64,000 nt of DNA from Scyliorhinus canicula (GCF_902713615.1 NW_024055492.1:124001-188000); one strand, 5' to 3'; shown: positions 24,917-36,598, counted from the stretch's first letter. Numbers and translations: made by a program. Notes: a model not told the origin generated them from the sequence alone.

Positions 24917-26109
24917 TCAGTTGAAGCCTTGTCTACACACAGAACATGTGCACTGTCTCTCCTCAGTGTGAATGGTGTGATGTTTTTTTCAGGCCGTGTG
25001 TCTGGTTGAAGCTATTTTCACAGTGAGTTCACTAGAACTCTCTCACTCGGATGTGTTGTGTGGGTCTCGGTGCTTTTCCAGTCACACTGATATTTCAAAT
25101 CTTTTGACGCCGAAAGATCGGACAAACATTTCTCCTTCTCGTCGATGATGTTCAGAGCCCGTTGTTTTCAGATCAGAAGGAATCGAGTGAGTTTGTCACA
25201 TCGAGATGTGATGTTTGAGATTTCTGTCTATAATTCCTCCTCTTCTAATATCCTTTAAAAACAATTTACGAAAGTCATCACTGTTATTACAGGATAGGAA
25301 TTCAGAATAGACAATTCTACTTCCTATGGAATATAATTTCCTCTCTCCTTTTCCAAAATCTGTAAATCTCCATCCGACACAATCTCCCTCCATTCTCACT
25401 CTGCTGTATCTAATATTCACCCTCCCAATTCTCCTGAAGGGCTGATTCATGTTGATTGACAGATCCAAGCTCAGCTCACTGCTTCCTGACCAGGATGCAG
25501 AGATTAGAATAGGAGTAAGAGTTGGCCATTCGGCCCACCGAGTCTGCTCAACCATTCAATGAGATCCTTGGCCGATCTACCTCAGCACCATTTTCCCACA
25601 CGATTCCCATATCCCTCGATATCTTCAATATCTAGAAACCTGTCAATATTTGTCTTGAACATACCTAATGGCTGAGGCTCCATATTCCTCTGGGGAATAC
25701 CAAAGCTTCACCACATCCTCGAGTGAAGAGATCCCTCATCTCAGCTTTCACTCTATTTTCCTACATGTTCCCCATAACCCTTAACTCCATTGTCAATAAA
25801 ATATCTGTCTAACTTGTGCTTCAATATATTCAATGACCCCCAGATACAACTGGTCCCTGTGGAAGAGAAATCCAACGACTAACAACCCTCTGAGGGAAGA
25901 GATGACTGGAAATCTATAATGTAGCTACAGTCTTATAGTACATGGCGAGAAATAATTATGAATTTTATTACGGAACTGTAATTAATATACCTAATCTGTA
26001 CCATATAAGAACATGAGACGGATACCTGTCCATTTACTGTCCCTGAAATGTAGCCCTCTCCTGGGGTACCCACACCTTTAATTGTAAACATTAGGAAAGA
26101 GTTTTTAAA

Positions 26110-26330
26110 AATAAATTTGGAGTAACCAACTTTTTTTTCCAATTAACGTGCAAAATTAGCTTGTTCAAATCACCTACCCTGCACATCTTTGGGTTGTGAA
26201 GGTGAGACACACGCAGAGACGGGGAGAATGTGTAAACTCCACATGGATAGTGACTCGGGGCTAGGATCGAACCCGGATTCTCAGCGCCATTAGGCAGCAG
26301 TGCTAACCACAGCACTACCATGGCCCCAGA
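26110..26330 (-). mobile_element. Short V-SINE; further degenerate copies at ~16860-17040, 27310-27480, 27685-27880, 28425-28700, 28700-28910 and 33140-33340
   Basis: V-domain motif gagaatgtg.aaactcca..cagacagtgaccc. Confidence 0.75.
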
Positions 26331-26492
26331 GACCACCCTCTCAGTAAGAAAAATAATTGCATCCACCTGTTAACGGGGTGGGAGGCAGGAGTTGGAAACA
26401 CTTTGTGGAGCCACGAAATTTCATTTAATTTTGTTTCCCAATTAAATTGAAATTTAACGTGATTCGAGGTTGGGCTCAAATCATCAGAGGAC

Positions 26493-26965
26493 TCTGGTCG
26501 TGATTCTCCGACACCCTGCCGGGCCGGAGAATTGGCAGGGGACTGCGCGAATTGCGCCACACCACTTCAACGCCATTCTCCCACATGTAAAAAATCGGGC
26601 AGGCGCGCATGGTGCTGTGCCGCACGGAGAATCGCTGCAAACAGCCATAGCGGCGATCCTCCGGCGGCGCCGTGATTCTCCAGCCCGAATGGACCGACCG
26701 GCCAACTGAAAAAATCCTAGTCCCGCCGGCGCTGTTCTAACATGCTCTGGGCCCGGCTGGACCTCGGGGTTGAACGGTCCGGGGCGGCCTGTGGGGGATG
26801 GACGTGGGGTACATCCGGGACCGGCAGCTGGAGCAGCATAGGCCACTTCAGCGCCGTTCTGGCCCCCCCAGGACCCGGGAATCGGGTCTCGAAACCTGCG
26901 CCGGAGTAAAGTACTCCTGTTTTGGCGCCGGCACTCTGACACCGGACCAGAGAATCGCGGCCCTG
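26493..26965. mobile_element. GC-rich MITE-like non-autonomous element
   Basis: Imperfect terminal inverted repeats tggtcgtgattctcc / agagaatcgcggccc and internal gattctcc/ggagaatc motifs; no recognisable protein. Confidence 0.6.
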
Positions 26966-27509
26966 GTCTGTGGGGAGGAAGGAAACCCAGGGAGGTGGAC
27001 AGGGAGTATTCACAAACACCCGCTGGAGGCCCCAATAACACCCTTTGATTTTATTGTCAGTCTGCAGACAGAAGCTGGAGAACTGAACCCAGGCAGAGGA
27101 GAGGGAGGGAGAAAACTGGGACTGGAGGAAAGAAATGGTGCAGATGGTGAAATGGGTTTGGATTTCAGCCCAGGGAGGAGGGAGAGTATGTGGGACGGGG
27201 ATTTACAGCATTGGGGGAACAAGAGAGCAAACAATGTTCCAGAGAAAGTAGAATTGTCTGTTCAGAATTTCTATCCTGGACTGAGTGCTGACTATTGTTT
27301 TTTTTATTAAATATAGAGTACAAAATTGTATTTTGTCCCAATTAAGGGGTAGTTTTATCCATCACATCTTTTTGGATTGAAACCCATGCTGACAAGGGGA
27401 GAATGTGCAAAGTCCATATGGACAGAGACCCGGGATCAAACCCGGGTTCTCAGCTAACCACTGAGCCACCGTGCCTGCCCCTAATGACTTTTATAAACTC
27501 CTCTTACAG

Positions 27510-28107
27510 GATATTACAAGGGGAGGATTTACAGATGGAAACTCAAATCAAACCTCACAGCAAGATTTAACAGAGTCACTCCATTCATCAGGACCTGAAT
27601 ATCATTGGCCTGTGAATGTAGACGAAGAAATGTTTGTCTGCTCTGTCTGTAGGAAAAGATTTTCAACATCAGTGTGACTGGGACTGCTGCCTCACGGAGC
27701 CGAGGTCCCAGGTTCGATCTCGGCCCCGGGTCACTGTCCGTGTGGAGTTTGCACATTCTCCCCGTGTTTGCGTGGGTTTCAGCCCCACAACCCAAAGATG
27801 TGCAGGCGAGGTGGATTGGACATGCTAAATTGCCCCTTAATTGGGAAAAAAGTGGATACTCTAAATTTATTTTTTAAAAAGATCAGCGTTACTGAAAAAA
27901 GACCCGATACACACACACTTGAGTTCAACTGATCATCAACCTTAGAGAGGGACAAGGACACCAGCAGCATGCTGAAACCATGGCAATGTGGGGACTGTGG
28001 GAAGGGATTCAGATCTCCATGTGAGCTGGAAATTCATCACCATCGTCACACCCGCGACAGACCATTCGCCTGTTCTAAGTGTGGGAAGGGATTCACTCAG
28101 TTATCCG
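27510..28107 (+). pseudogene. C2H2-ZNF pseudogene exon, split by a SINE (27685-27880) and truncated by an L1 fragment
   Basis: ttacag acceptor at 27509; WQCGDCGKGFRSPCELEIHHHRH and [15 protein letters not shown] at ~27978-28105. Confidence 0.85.
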
Positions 28108-28295
28108 AGTGAGGATTTACCAGGATGTGGGAGCCGAGCTGGTGAGGAAGTGAGTGGCCTTTAATAAGGTTCAGGCTGCTCTATCTAAGGAAGGAGTTCC
28201 ATTCGGGGTGGTTTACCCAGCAAAGCTACGAGTTGCAGATGAGTCCAAGGACTTTCATTTTGAGACTCCAGAGGAGGCGACTGCCTTCATTGAGG
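28108..28295 (+). mobile_element. L1/Tx1-type ORF1 C-terminal fragment
   Basis: Translates VRIYQDVGAELVRK*VAFNKVQAALSKEGVPFGVVYPAKLRV...FETPEEATAFI, typical of the L1 ORF1p CTD. Confidence 0.75.
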
Positions 28296-28385
28296 GGCTC
28301 ATTGGTCTGGGAGTATGATTCTCGCTTCGGTTGTTTTGGTTTCGAAATTTGCGAGAGGCCCCGGGTTCAAATCCCGGACAAGCCC
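28296..28385 (+). tRNA. tRNA-Pro(CGG): tRNA-Pro(CGG)-like gene with an 18-nt intron (28332-28349); probably a decaying copy
   Basis: GGCTCATTGGTCTGGGAGTATGATTCTCGCTTCGG T[tgttttggtttcgaaatt]TGCGAGAGGCCCCGGGTTCAAATCCCGGACAAGCCC aligns with the vertebrate Pro-CGG consensus. B box intact; A box and acceptor stem mutated; TTT/TTTT downstream. Confidence 0.85.
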
Positions 28386-28929
28386 TTTGATAATGTTTTC
28401 TGTTGGCCAAGCAACATGTTTTAAGGGGTAGTAACTGTAGCACAGTGGGTAACACTGTTGCTTCACAGCTCCAGGATCCCAGGTGCAAATCCTGGCTTGG
28501 GTCACTGTCTGTGCGGAGTCTGCATGTTCTCCCTGTGTCTACGTGGGTTTCCTCCGGGTGCTCTGGTTTAATCTCACTAGTCACGAAAGCCATGCTATTA
28601 AGTCATTTGTACATTCTGAATTCTCCCTCTGTGTACCCAAACAGGCATCGGAATGTGGTGACCAGGGGCTTTTCGCAGTAACTTCATTGCAGTGTTAATG
28701 TTTTTTTAAAATATGAATTTAGAGTGCCCAATTCATTTTTTCCGATTGAGGGGCAATTTAGCATGGCCAATCCACCTACCCTGGACATCTTTGGGTTGTG
28801 GAGCCAAAACCAAGGCAAACACGGGGAGAATGTGCAAACTCCACACAGACAGTGACCCGAACCTGGGATCCCGGCGCCGTGAGGCAGCAGTGTAACCACG
28901 GTGGTCAGTGGGTGGTTGGCGGGTACATT

Positions 28930-29270
28930 GGTGATGCTGGTGAATGGCTATGCCCCTAACTAGGAAAATGTGGCATTTGTAAAAAGAATTGTTCCCCCAA
29001 ACATGGATACACATCAATTAATTCTTGGAGGAGATTTCAACTGTTTTCTGGATCTGAAATGAACTGGTCCAAGCCCATTCAACCGCTACAAAAACAGGAA
29101 AAGGGAATGAAACCAGATGGACCTCCCGGCATCGACCCAGGCACCGGAAATGACAACGGCAAACCCAGCAAAAGGTAAAGAAAAGCTGTTCAATAGCAGA
29201 TTGTAAAAGGATTATGGGACACAGATTTAAGATTGTGAGCAAGATCTACAGGGGAGATACGAGGAAGAAA
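28930..29270 (+). mobile_element. L1/Tx1-type ORF2 endonuclease fragment, degenerate
   Basis: LILGGDFNCFLD motif at ~29018-29055. Confidence 0.6.
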
Positions 29271-29799
29271 ATTTACACAGTGTGGTAATGATTTGAACTC
29301 AATGCTTACACACAAATGTCAATAATCTCCAGGTCCTGATCACCAGAAAAGTGCTGTCAGAATTTGATGTGAGGATTGATTGTGAGTTTCCTGTCCCTTT
29401 CTAAGTCCCTGTGAAAGAAGTTTACAAAGGCATCACTGTCAGTCCAGAAATAAAATTCAGGAAAGATAAGCATTTTTCCTGGTTTGAGTTTGCTGTCTGT
29501 AAATCCTCCCTGACTAATCCCCTATAAAAGGAGTTTCCAAAATCAATTAGTCAGTTCAGTATAGAAATTCACAACGACCTCTCTTCCTGCTCCCTGGTCC
29601 AGGATTACCGTTTATGCCGCCTCGCCCCCCCCGCCCCGCTGCACACTGACCCTCGTCATCAGCAGTCCCCTGATTTGAGGGTCATGCTGACTTAGGGTTG
29701 TGTGTTTCTGCCCTGGGTCTTCATGTGGCTGAACAGGGCCACAAAGCTTTGGACACATCGGGCAGGATGGACAATGAGACAGTGAAACCTGGAGAGCAG

Positions 29800-30360
29800 G
29801 ATTGGCTTCCTTTTCTTTCCATCTCTGCCACCGCTTTGCATCATCAATAAGACATTGGGACTGAAAGACTAATCCAGTTTGATGGACAAGTTGTCTCCAT
29901 TCCGAACAATGGGGAACAAGCTCCTCCCACTCATTGAAACATCGGCCCCGACAAAGATGAGAAACGCGCATGCGCCCTGATGCACATGCAATAAAGATGG
30001 CGGCCGTTAACCCGAGTCGAAGATGAGGAGCTGCAGCTCCGCTCGGTACAAACTGGGTCCCGTAAACATTTCAGATGTTTGCGATTGCAACAGCTTTAAA
30101 CAACGTTTCCGCCCACCCTCGCGATCTCTCGCTGCCTCCGTATTGTTAAACGCCTCATACCGATTTCCGATCTCAAAAAGACATCCTTCTCCATCGCCAT
30201 GACCCACACTGCGCATGCTTCAATCACAGCGGGCCCCGCCCCTCATTCACTCCGATTGGTTGGAGGACCATCCGGTCCCGTTCGGCCCTCCAGTACCGCC
30301 CCCCCACTTCCTATTGGTCCGGAGCTGCCGTCAATCACCCGGGCATTGTGAGGCAGATTT
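29800..30360. promoter_or_regulatory. Bidirectional-promoter-like cassette, copy 3
   Basis: GCGCATGCGC (NRF1-like), AAGATGGCGGCC (YY1-like), two ATTGG boxes and GC boxes; homologous to 1560-2100. Confidence 0.65.
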
Positions 30361-30547
30361 CAGGCTGACTCGCTGATTGTTAAATACATTTTTTTTGGTA
30401 AATGTTTTTTATTGGGTTTTTGAAGAAAGTATATTTACCGTTATGTACACAGGATAAGAAACATATATCTATATACACACACACACGTGTATAGAAGAGA
30501 AGGACACACCCCAACAGACCAAAGAAAAGAAAATAGTGAATAATTTA

Positions 30548-30775
30548 AGAACATAGAACATAGAACAGTACAGCACAGAACAGGCCCTTCGGCCCTCGAT
30601 GTTGTGCCGAGCAATGATCACCCTACTTAACCCCACGTAACCCGTATACCCGTAACCCAACAATCCCCCCATCAACCTTACACTAGGGGCAATTTAGCAT
30701 GGCCAATCCACCTAACCCGCACATCTTTGGACTGTGGGAGGAAACCGGAGCACCCGGAGGAAACCCACGCACACA
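30548..30775 (-). mobile_element. 5'-truncated young HE1-like SINE inserted in a probable L1-type 3' end (~30380-30900)
   Basis: agaacatagaacatagaacagtacagcacagaacaggccc tail; flanks are A/T-rich with a long G run. Confidence 0.75.
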
Positions 30776-31219
30776 AAAATACAATAAAAAATAAAATAGA
30801 ATAACTGGTAGGGTATTGTGCACCAGCTCAACAGCAGCAACTCTGTACACCTGGCAAAATTATTTACAACACATAAGTAAGCGACTGATGCGGGCGGGGG
30901 GGGGGGGGGGGGGGGGGGGACGTGGAGGGAGCGGGGAGAGATTGGGGAGGTAAATATATATTCGGGTGCCGGAGAAACAATTACAGTGGGCAATACTCGA
31001 ATGGGTTTGGTGTTGGTGTTGTTGCTTGCTTCTCCCGGACAGATCTCGCTGCCGTCTTGCGCTCACCTCCGCTTCTGCCGTTGCTCCTGTCTTTCGTCTT
31101 TATTCTCCTCGTTCCCTACTCCTGAAGATACCATGTTCGTTAATGTAACCCGTGCCTTCCTTCCGGCTCTCATTTCACTGCCTCCCTCCCACCTCCATGG
31201 ATTGTTCAATACATAGAGA

Positions 31220-31470
31220 TACAATTATAGAATTTATAGTGCAGAAGGAGGCCATTCGGCCCATCGAGTCTGCACCGGCTCTTGGAAAGAGCATCCTACT
31301 TAAGACCACACCTCCACCCCATCCCTGTAACATAGCAATCCCATCTAACATGAGAGCAATTTAGCATGGCCACACCTGACCTGCACATCTTTGGACTGTG
31401 GGAGGAAACCGGAGCACCCGGAGGAAACCCACGCAGACACGGTGGGAACAGGCAGACTCCGCACAGGCAG
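31220..31470 (-). mobile_element. HE1-like SINE; another at ~33740-34070
   Basis: atagaatttatagtgcagaaggaggccattcggcccatcgagtctgcacc tail and V domain. Confidence 0.8.
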
Positions 31471-31629
31471 TCACACTTTTGTTGTGGTTTCTAGCTGATT
31501 TTGGTCTTTTATTTTGACTGGACCACATGCTTGGGGAAAGCAAGAGAGGAAAGAAGGTTTGATAGAAACTAAAATGATCTGTTGTGAATTTCTACCCTGT
31601 TCTTCTGGTGATCATTTTTGTAAACTTCT

Positions 31630-31890
31630 TTTTCAGGCATTAGAACGGGAGGATTGGCAGCTGGGCAACTCGAACCAAATATAATATCAAGATCTGACAG
31701 TCACTCAATTCATTAGCATCTAAATATCACAAACTGTCAATGTGTTTGTCTGTTCTGACTGTGGGAAGTGATTTCAAACATCAGTGTGATTGGAAACGCC
31801 CCGAGACCCACACACATCTGAGTGAGAGTGTTCCAGTGAACTGACTGTGGAAAGAGCTTTAACCAGTTACACAGCCTGAAAAATCATCTT
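31630..31890 (+). pseudogene. Relic 5' part of a C2H2-ZNF terminal exon
   Basis: tttttcag acceptor followed by the cluster's stereotyped exon start (..tgtttgtctgttctgactgtgggaagtgatttcaaacatcagtgtga..gactgtggaaagagctttaaccagttacacagcctg); stops present. Confidence 0.75.
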
Positions 31891-32271
31891 GTTTCCTCTT
31901 GTGGGAGAGTCTAGGGCCAGAGGCATAATCTCAGAGGACGCGGTTCAAATTTAGGACAGAGATGAGAAGACATTTCTTCCATCAGAGGGTAGTGAATCTG
32001 TGGAATTCTTCAGCTGTGAAATCATTCTGCCTCTCGAGTTCACCATAAAAAGGCAAAGGTAAAGGTGTCTTAACCCGGATGGGCCGCTTGGTGGCGCAGT
32101 CGCTCTTTCACTGAGGGGCCTTGAGTTCAGACACATCCCAGACAGGACTGGTGAGAAATGTCTGTCTGGGAAACGGGAGAAAACTGTATAATCGGGGAAA
32201 TGGAGCGGTGCCGATGGACCTGAGAGAAAGGAGTTCAGATTAGACTTGTTTTCTTCATTTTTCATTCAATA

Positions 32272-32312
32272 TTTATTAAAATTTCAGAGAAAATATAGCA
32301 CAAAAGTTTATT
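32272..32312 (-). terminator. Candidate membrane-mu polyadenylation signals
   Basis: AATAAA on the minus strand at 32307-32312 and 32272-32277, ~0.4 kb after the TM2 stop. Confidence 0.5.
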
Positions 32313-32717
32313 TTGATGTTTACAAAAGGGAACATAGCGATTGAGGGTCACACTGAGAACAGAACACATGCCCTCTGAGCTGCCAAATGTATGTACAACT
32401 GTAACAGACACAAGAGAGAACAGGAGCTCAACATAAAGGGAAGGCAACTGTTGTAAATAAGGTACGAGGTAAGTTACTTATTTAGACATGACATTGAGAG
32501 AAATTATTAACTACAATTACATTACAGCCAAAATTATCGCGTACATTTTAAACTGAAAAGCAGAAATACTGTCCATGATTGTCTCAGTTACAGATGCAGA
32601 ATAATAAACTGAGAGAATTTTACTGTGAGAGTCACCAAGAGGAGATATTGTATTTGTGTCACACACAGATCATAATAAACAGCTGAGGGAAATCTACAGC
32701 GTCCGAAGGTCAACCCA

Positions 32718-32726
32718 TCACTTGAT
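32718..32726 (-). CDS. IGHM: IgM TM2 exon coding part (IK*), giving cytoplasmic tail KIK
   Basis: Polypyrimidine tract, ttttacag|ATC AAG TGA, ~140-nt intron after TM1. Confidence 0.9.
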   Translation of the reverse strand: MK

Positions 32727-32866
32727 CTGTAAAAGAGAGAGAAAATGATGAAGCAGATGTTTATGATCTGGGACACTGATGTTAGAGTTTTTAATCAATC
32801 AAACATTTAGAGATGTTTTAAACGGCTTCTGTCAGTTTGAAGTGTGAGTGGATTGAATCTTCTCAC

Positions 32867-32994
32867 CTTCACCAGAGTGACAGCAGCGCTGTAGGAAATG
32901 CTCAGGAAGAACAGGGTGATGAATGTGGAAGCGGTTGTCCAGATGTTCCCGTTATCATCCTCATTTTCTTCAGTCCAGGTGTTGTCTGTGGTAT
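32867..32994 (-). CDS. IGHM: IgM TM1 exon (D)TTDNTWTEENEDDNGNIWTTASTFITLFFLSISYSAAVTLVK
   Basis: ctcgtag acceptor, GTGAGA donor, acidic spacer plus conserved antigen-receptor TM (CART) residues. Confidence 0.97.
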
Positions 32995-33349
32995 CTACGA
33001 GGATCGAGCCAAATATAATTAGTTTGTTTATTAATCCAGGATATGTTTTTTAATATTCTCGTTTCATTTTCTCCCGCTGCTAATTTAACATATTTGTCAT
33101 TGCATATCTACTGCTGAGTTCATGACACTCGGAAATCGATCTCTGTAACTTTTTTCTTCCAATTAAGGGGCAAGTTAGCCTGGCCAATCCACCTACCCTG
33201 CACATCTTTGGGTTGTTGGCGTGAGACCCGCGGGTCACTGGGAAAGTCCACTGGGACACAGACCCAGGAGCGGGATCAACCCCAGGTCCATGGTGGCGTG
33301 AGGCAGTAGTGCTAACCACTATGCCACCGTGCCGCCCTTGCCTGACGTT

Positions 33350-34700
33350 TGTGTTTGTTCTTTAGCTTTTGTGTCTGTGTGGATGCGAAATTCGTATTTC
33401 TTTACTCTTCATTTGTGTGTCCCGATGTCTTTATAAGTGTCATTGTGTGTGTTCATGTGTCAATGAGTATTGATCTGTGTATTTGTGTGTCAGCGCCTGT
33501 GTGAACTTTGTTTATCTTCTGTTAATGTGTACATATGAGTGTTTTATTGTGTGTGTTTGTGTGTTGAAGTCTATGTTTATATATTAATGCCTATGTCAAT
33601 ATAAGTTTATACTTCCCTGTCCAGTAATGAAAGTGTTAATGTGTCTTTGTACGTTCAACATGCATGTCATTGTCTTAATGTTTGTGTCTGGATAAGTGCG
33701 TTTGTGTGTGTGTGTGTTTGTTGATGCGTGTATTTCTTCATAGAATCATCATTAAATATAATCCCTACTGTGCCGAACGAGGCCATTCGGCCCATTGAGT
33801 CTGCACCGACCCTCCGAAAGAGCACTCTGCCTGGACGCATGCCCCTGCCCTGTCCCCAGAACATCGTATCCCCACCTAACGTTGTGGGCACTAAGGGGTA
33901 ATAGAGCCTGGCCAATCCACCGAACCTGCACATCTTTGGACTGTGGGAGGAAACTAGAGCACGCGGAGGAAACAGAAACAGACCCGGCAGAACGTGGGAA
34001 CACCACACAGACAATCACCCAAGGCTGGAATTGAACCCGGGATTATGGTGCTGTGCGGCAGTGGTGCTATTTATGCGTTGATGTTTGATTATAACTATCT
34101 ATTGATGTGTGTTGATGACTCTATGTGTATTCATATGTGTTCGTGTTAGCGTGTGTACGAGTCAGCTAATATGTATCTACGTGTGTCCGTTAGTGTGGAT
34201 TATTGTCTCTGAATGGAAATATTTCTGTCATCGTGAAATTCTGCTAATTTACATGTTATTGGTTACATTTCTGTTTCATATTCTTCTGTCAGCCTGCTTG
34301 TCTGGTTGTGTATGTCTGTGTATCTGTGTGGACATGTGGTTGTATATGTCTGTGTACATGCGTGTACCCACTTGTGTGTGTGGAATTGTGTTTGTATGTG
34401 TGGATGTGCACGTGAGTCTGTGTGTTTCTAAACATGTGCTTTTTGTGTTTATGTGCATGCTTGTGAATTTTTGTGCACATTTACGTGTGTTTTTGTGTCA
34501 AAATATGTGTGGTCCGTTGTGCCTGGGTGTATGTTTGTGCATGTGTTTCTATGTGTGTGTCCATGTGTGTGTTTGTGTCTACTTGTGAGCGTGTGTGTGT
34601 TTCTGGGTCTGTGTGCATGTGTGTGTAGTGTCTGTGTCTGTTTATCTGTCTGTGTATTTGTATCAGCTGCCTGTAGCTTTACCAGTTGTGGGTATTATTG
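33350..34700. repeat. Degenerate TG-rich low-complexity region in the Cmu4-TM intron, with an embedded SINE
   Basis: Dense imperfect (TG)n. Confidence 0.75.
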
Positions 34701-35149
34701 ATACCGATGTAGAATATGTTGAACTTTCTGCTTATAAATGTGTTTTCCGTGAGTTGCAAGCTGACATCAGGTGACCTAATGCAAAAAAACAAGGAGGCTC
34801 CTCGGGAGAGAACAGTGAAAACCCAGAGAGAATTCAATCACCAGTCTGGATTTGGATTATGGGGAATCGGTTTTAGCATACGGATAAGAGGGACAAGGGT
34901 GCTAAAAAAATTATGTTGCATAAATAGATATTTTAAGAACATCTCTATAATGTTTCAGCCTGTAAACTACATGGCGTCTTGTAATGTCAGTAACTGAGTT
35001 CTTAGTCCAGAGAACCGTTTACTTCCAAACTCCCTGCTTGGGGACTGGGAAGATATTGAGTTAATAATCTCCCTCTCTCTGGTCAGGTCAGCAAATTGCC
35101 TTTGGGTTCTCCCTGTTGGAGGTGGAGATACAGAGAGTTCACTCATCAC

Positions 35150-35960
35150 CTTCCTTCTCTTTTGGTTGGGAAAGTGGAGGTAAAATGTGTTAGTATTGCC
35201 CCTTTGCTCTCTTTGTTGGGGAAGTGGGGAGGCAGTGGATTAAATAATGTCCTTCCACTCATTGTTGGAAGCGGGTGTCCAGTGGATTAACTAATGTACA
35301 CCCCCCTCATTGTTGGAAGCGGATGTACAGTGGATTAACTAATGTACCCCCCCCCCCCTCATTGTTGGAAGCGGATGTACAGTGGATTAACTCAGCCCAC
35401 CACCGTCTCTTTGTTGGGGAAGTGGGGGCACAATGTGTTAACTAATGCTCCTCCCCTCGCTTTGTTGGGGAAGTGGGGGCACAGTGTGTTAACTAATGCT
35501 CCTCCCCTCGCTTTGCTGGGGAAGTGGGGGCACAGTGTGTTAACTAATGCTCCTCCCCTCGCTTTGCTGGGGAAGTGGGGGTACAGTGTGTTAAGTAATG
35601 CCCCAACCCCTCTCTTTGTTGGGGACGTGGGGAGACAATGGATTAACTAATGCCCCTCTCTTTGTTGGTGAAGTGGGGGTACAGTGTATTAACTAAAGCT
35701 CCTCCCACTCTCTATGTTGGGGAAGTGGGGGTACAGTGAATTAACTAAAGACCCTCTCTCTATTGGGGAAGTGGGGGTACAGTGGATTAACTAATACCCC
35801 TCCCCTCCCTCTATTGAGGAAGTGGGGGTACAGTGGATTAACGAATGCCCTTCCCCCTCTCTCTTTGTGGGAGGTGGGTGGGTGGGTGGGGAGACAGTGG
35901 AATAACTAATACCCCTCCCGCTCTCTCTGTTGGGGAGGTGGGGGTACAGTGGATTAACAA
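35150..35960. repeat. ~51-bp tandem repeat (ctcgctttgttggggaagtgggggcacagtgtgttaactaatgctcctccc), about 16 degenerate units
   Basis: 17-aa periodicity in ORF 35342-35650; unit read directly at 35456-35560. Confidence 0.9.
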
Positions 35961-36556
35961 TTTCACTTTCCCCTCTCTTTGACTGGAGATTGTTGGTCCA
36001 TGTTTCTGTGTGACCCTCAAATCAGTTCCCAGTGGGTCTCATGCAGCAACTTAAAGCTGACATTAATTTTAAAGGGATGGACAATGAGAGAAGCAGGAAC
36101 ACCGAGATCTAAATGTGATGGGTTTGTTTGTCTGAAATGGGAAATTGTCCGATTTCTCCTCATGTGGAGGAAAGTCAATGAAGATATTTTGCTGAATCCT
36201 GGAATGAATGAGTTTTACTCTGTCTCTAACCCAGGGGTATTTGAGCTGGGAGCTCTGGTTGTATCAGACTTGGGGCTGAGACCTGTAGAAATCCGGGTCT
36301 CATTGACCAGGGACTGGTTTAAAATCGCTGGATTTTAAAGCAGACCAAGACAGGCCAGCAGCACGGTTCAATTCCCGTACCAGCCTCCCCGAAAAGGTGC
36401 CGGAATGTGGCGCTGAGGGGCTTTTCACAATAACTTGACTGAAGCCTACTTGTGACAATAAGTGATTTTCATTTCATTTTCAGATCTAACATCAGTAAAG
36501 TGGAAACACCATTAATCAAGCGGCTGTATGTTTAAATCACAATTAGAGGAAACGTT

Positions 36557-36571
36557 TTTATTATTTTTATT
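36557..36571 (-). terminator. Secretory-mu polyadenylation signals (two AATAAA)
   Basis: tttatt on the plus strand at 36557-36562 and 36566-36571, ~30-40 nt after the stop codon. Confidence 0.8.
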
Positions 36572-36598
36572 TTAGTTCGAAATATAACCAATCGATTC

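Noticed and set aside
26484-27310. GC-rich ORFs of 100-185 aa
   Set aside because: They overlap a MITE-like element and ZNF intron sequence, with no recognisable domain.
30893-30920. Long poly-G run
   Set aside because: Homopolymer within a retroelement remnant, and its length is unreliable.
34109-34701. Cys/Val-rich hydrophobic ORFs
   Set aside because: Translation of degenerate (TG)n.
35478-35540. CACAGTG heptamers in the 51-bp repeat as cryptic RSSs
   Set aside because: No nonamer-like sequence at 12 or 23 bp, and most units read TACAGTG.
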